Source: Lepidodermella squamata
Taxonomy: Eukaryota; Animalia; Gastrotricha
NCBI GenBank assembly: GCA_047495785.1
Contig: JBLDXI010000028.1
Location: 186,001-250,000, forward strand
Length of the DNA stretch: 64,000 bases
Reading direction: 5' to 3'
A program made the translations under genes and the position numbers. Of the stretch, positions 61,851-64,000 are shown piece after piece (within the stretch, counting starts at the first letter, position 1; the number at the start of each line of letters is the position of its first letter). The notes below the pieces were generated by a model. It was given only the letters and a program-made list of their open reading frames with translations, was not told where the DNA came from and did not search any database.

Positions 61851-62406
61851 GCGCACGGGTTTTGAAACATTCAGCGATACGGCGGAAATTGAATTAAATT
61901 GGCGTCTTCGTCATGAATAAATAGAACACGCATAATCCCGTTGTCTTGAGGCTTATGTTTGAAATCTATTGTCGGCTGTACGGATTATGATGGCTGTAGG
62001 GGAAGCTAGTTGTAAACTTCACTCGAATATTAACAATGCTTTCACCTCATCAATGAATGATCATGAATTTCAAAATCGATTACATGATCTGAAAAACGGA
62101 AATGCATCAAGCACGCACATGGAGTAAAATTTCATGATATGACAGAAGGTTGCCCAGTAAGGATAGTAGAACAAATAATTGACGCTGATTTAATTAATCT
62201 GTGGATGCGCCAAGATATGACCTAGTTCAATCTTTTTTCATTTCGTAATTTGAAAAACACTGACATCGAATTATACAATTCAGCGTGGACGTTCCACAGA
62301 TATTTACGTGTTTGAAAAGCTCAGTTTTAGTCCGATGATACTGTTTCGTCTATTCTTGACTCTTGAGCAGTTCGATCAGACCGAGACTTTCATTCGGTCG
62401 TTTCCA

Positions 62407-62550
62407 ACCCAGACCGGCACAGATAAACAACGATGAACAAGTGGGGATGAACAAAGGGGTGAAAACGATTCGTTCTCCGTCGTTCACCACGTTTTCGTCC
62501 TAAAACTCACTGCTCATCGTTGTTCCCCTATGTCGTGTATGGTCTGGGAA
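62407..62550. repeat. Short imperfect inverted-repeat element
   Basis: CCCAGACC...AACAACGATGAACAAGTG pairs with CACTGCTCATCGTTGTT...GGTCTGGG. Confidence 0.5.
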
Positions 62551-63245
62551 TTGAAATCATTCTTCGGCATAAATTGCCCATGACCGAGTATGCGTGACTA
62601 CAAGGATGATCTTGTTTCATGAAAAGGACAGATTAATGAATCTAGGATCCGAGCTTGTGATCCGAGTATGGATGCAAACCATTAGGAGTGTCAGATATTC
62701 CAGAACAGAATAAAACCTTCCAAGATAACCAAGATACAAGACACGGCAGGCGAAAGGCTCGGCTATGCCCTCGGATTTGTCAATCACACTGATTCTTAGC
62801 CAGCTTGAACCAGTTAGCAGTTGGCACCACTTCCTGTAATTGAAGATTGTTGTTATACCCCGCTCTTAATCGTATCTTAAAAGAAGGTCGAAGCTAAGTT
62901 CGAAAAGGTTGCTGGGCGTTGGCGGAACCGCACGTTACGCGTATTTTGCGTGAATTGTTATTGCTACGGCTCAAGGAATTATTAAATTGCCTCGGGTGGT
63001 ATATGCACATGACACACCGCGTAAAACCGCCCGTTGTTCTCGTAATCGCCTTAACGCCGTGACGAACGAAGAGAGAGCCGGATTAGGCACGCTTCATTTC
63101 ACGCGTGGGTTGTTTTGGCATATCAGAATATGGCACCTGTACACAAATTCAATAGAAAATTTACTCATACTCCTTGTTAAAAACCAATTCCAGAAAAATT
63201 AGTTGATTACATTTTAATTTAGTTTGCGATATAGGCGGAAACCTT

Positions 63246-64000
63246 ATGGTGAAAATGTATTGCCTCGCGCTGGTGATTTGCGCGATCATCGGCCGCGTTC
63301 AGTCATGCATATCATCGATATCGACGTCATCTATCGTTGTGACGACCTCGACTGCTCGTGTCACCCCAGGCAATCAACTGACAACCCCTGCCCCGCCAAC
63401 AGCCATCGCCTCCACTTGCGGCCATTCCACGTAAGCTAGAATCGCCACGCTCGAGTAACTTCTTCGAAGCATGAAATTTAGTTGAATTAGCAAGAGACAT
63501 ATAGAGTTTTGCTAGGGTGGAAAAATTAGTCACGCTTCGCCGAACTGTCACACTTCATTGAATTTGAAATGTTTCGTTTCCAACTTTATTCAGGTACTAT
63601 TATAACACAAATGTCCCCGGTTCTGGGATTGTCGGAGGAGTCAACGCATCTCTGAATCAATACCCGTGGCTCACTCGTCTTGTGATCACCGATGGAAGTG
63701 GCAATACGTACCAATGTAGCGCTTCTATCCTCAGTACAACTTTCCTAATTACAACGGCTCGATGCATTGTGTAAGTTTATCAATTTCACTCAAAATCCCG
63801 TTTTAAATTTTCCCATTTTCTAGATCTGGCACAGCGTAAGTTGAGAAGAAGCTGTCATGCAACAGGTGGTTCTAAATTTCGTTTATTCAGGAGCATTCGA
63901 GCGTATTTCAGCGATTGGGATTCCGCTGTCGCGAATCCTAACGAATTTTCTATTGCGGTTACCAAGGTGATTCAGCACAGTTCGTTCGCGGCCAATTACG
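63246..64000 (+). CDS. S1A serine protease homolog, paralog of 58845-60105, runs off the window end
   Basis: Signal peptide, STCGHST, GSGIVGGVN, YPWL, and FLITTARCIV at the TAAHC position. Exons 63246-63430, about 63594-63770, 63824-63835, 63891->64000. Confidence 0.85.

Noticed and set aside
1-64000. tRNA, rRNA, SL RNA genes and prokaryotic systems
   Set aside because: None recognisable by eye; the sequence is spliceosomal-intron-containing eukaryotic DNA.

Overview
Eukaryotic, very likely invertebrate animal genomic DNA: GT-AG introns, AT-rich non-coding DNA, GC-richer exons, and metazoan-type EXTL3, ADPGK, GPCR and trypsin genes. Bases 1-26.6 kb are a compact block of conserved genes in two divergent same-strand runs. 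The minus run is EXTL3 > SIRT6 > cold-shock-domain protein > TEX10/Ipi1 > tandem CCCH protein. The plus run is PP2C > AIG1/ADTRP > ADPGK > Misato/MSTO1. Gaps are as short as 38 nt and acceptor-like AGs precede the ATGs, which suggests operons with SL trans-splicing. From Misato onward (about 24.3-56.3 kb) the locus becomes a transposon-rich accessory region with an unusual design. The 3' half of Misato (exons 3-5) occurs twice in near-intact form, synonymously diverged and joined at a 20-nt match at the end of exon 2. Older decayed exon 3/4/5 remnants follow, but no copy of exon 1 or of most of exon 2. Three members of an unrecognised protein family with weak caspase/metacaspase-like motifs are interleaved with these remnants. 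The best candidate new system is recurrent 3'-end replacement of an essential gene that carries cargo genes, resembling a toxin-antidote or drive element. A haplotype mis-assembly must be excluded first. The window ends with an orphan ORF, two trypsin-family genes and a class A GPCR. All exon models and alignments were made by eye; no searches were run.
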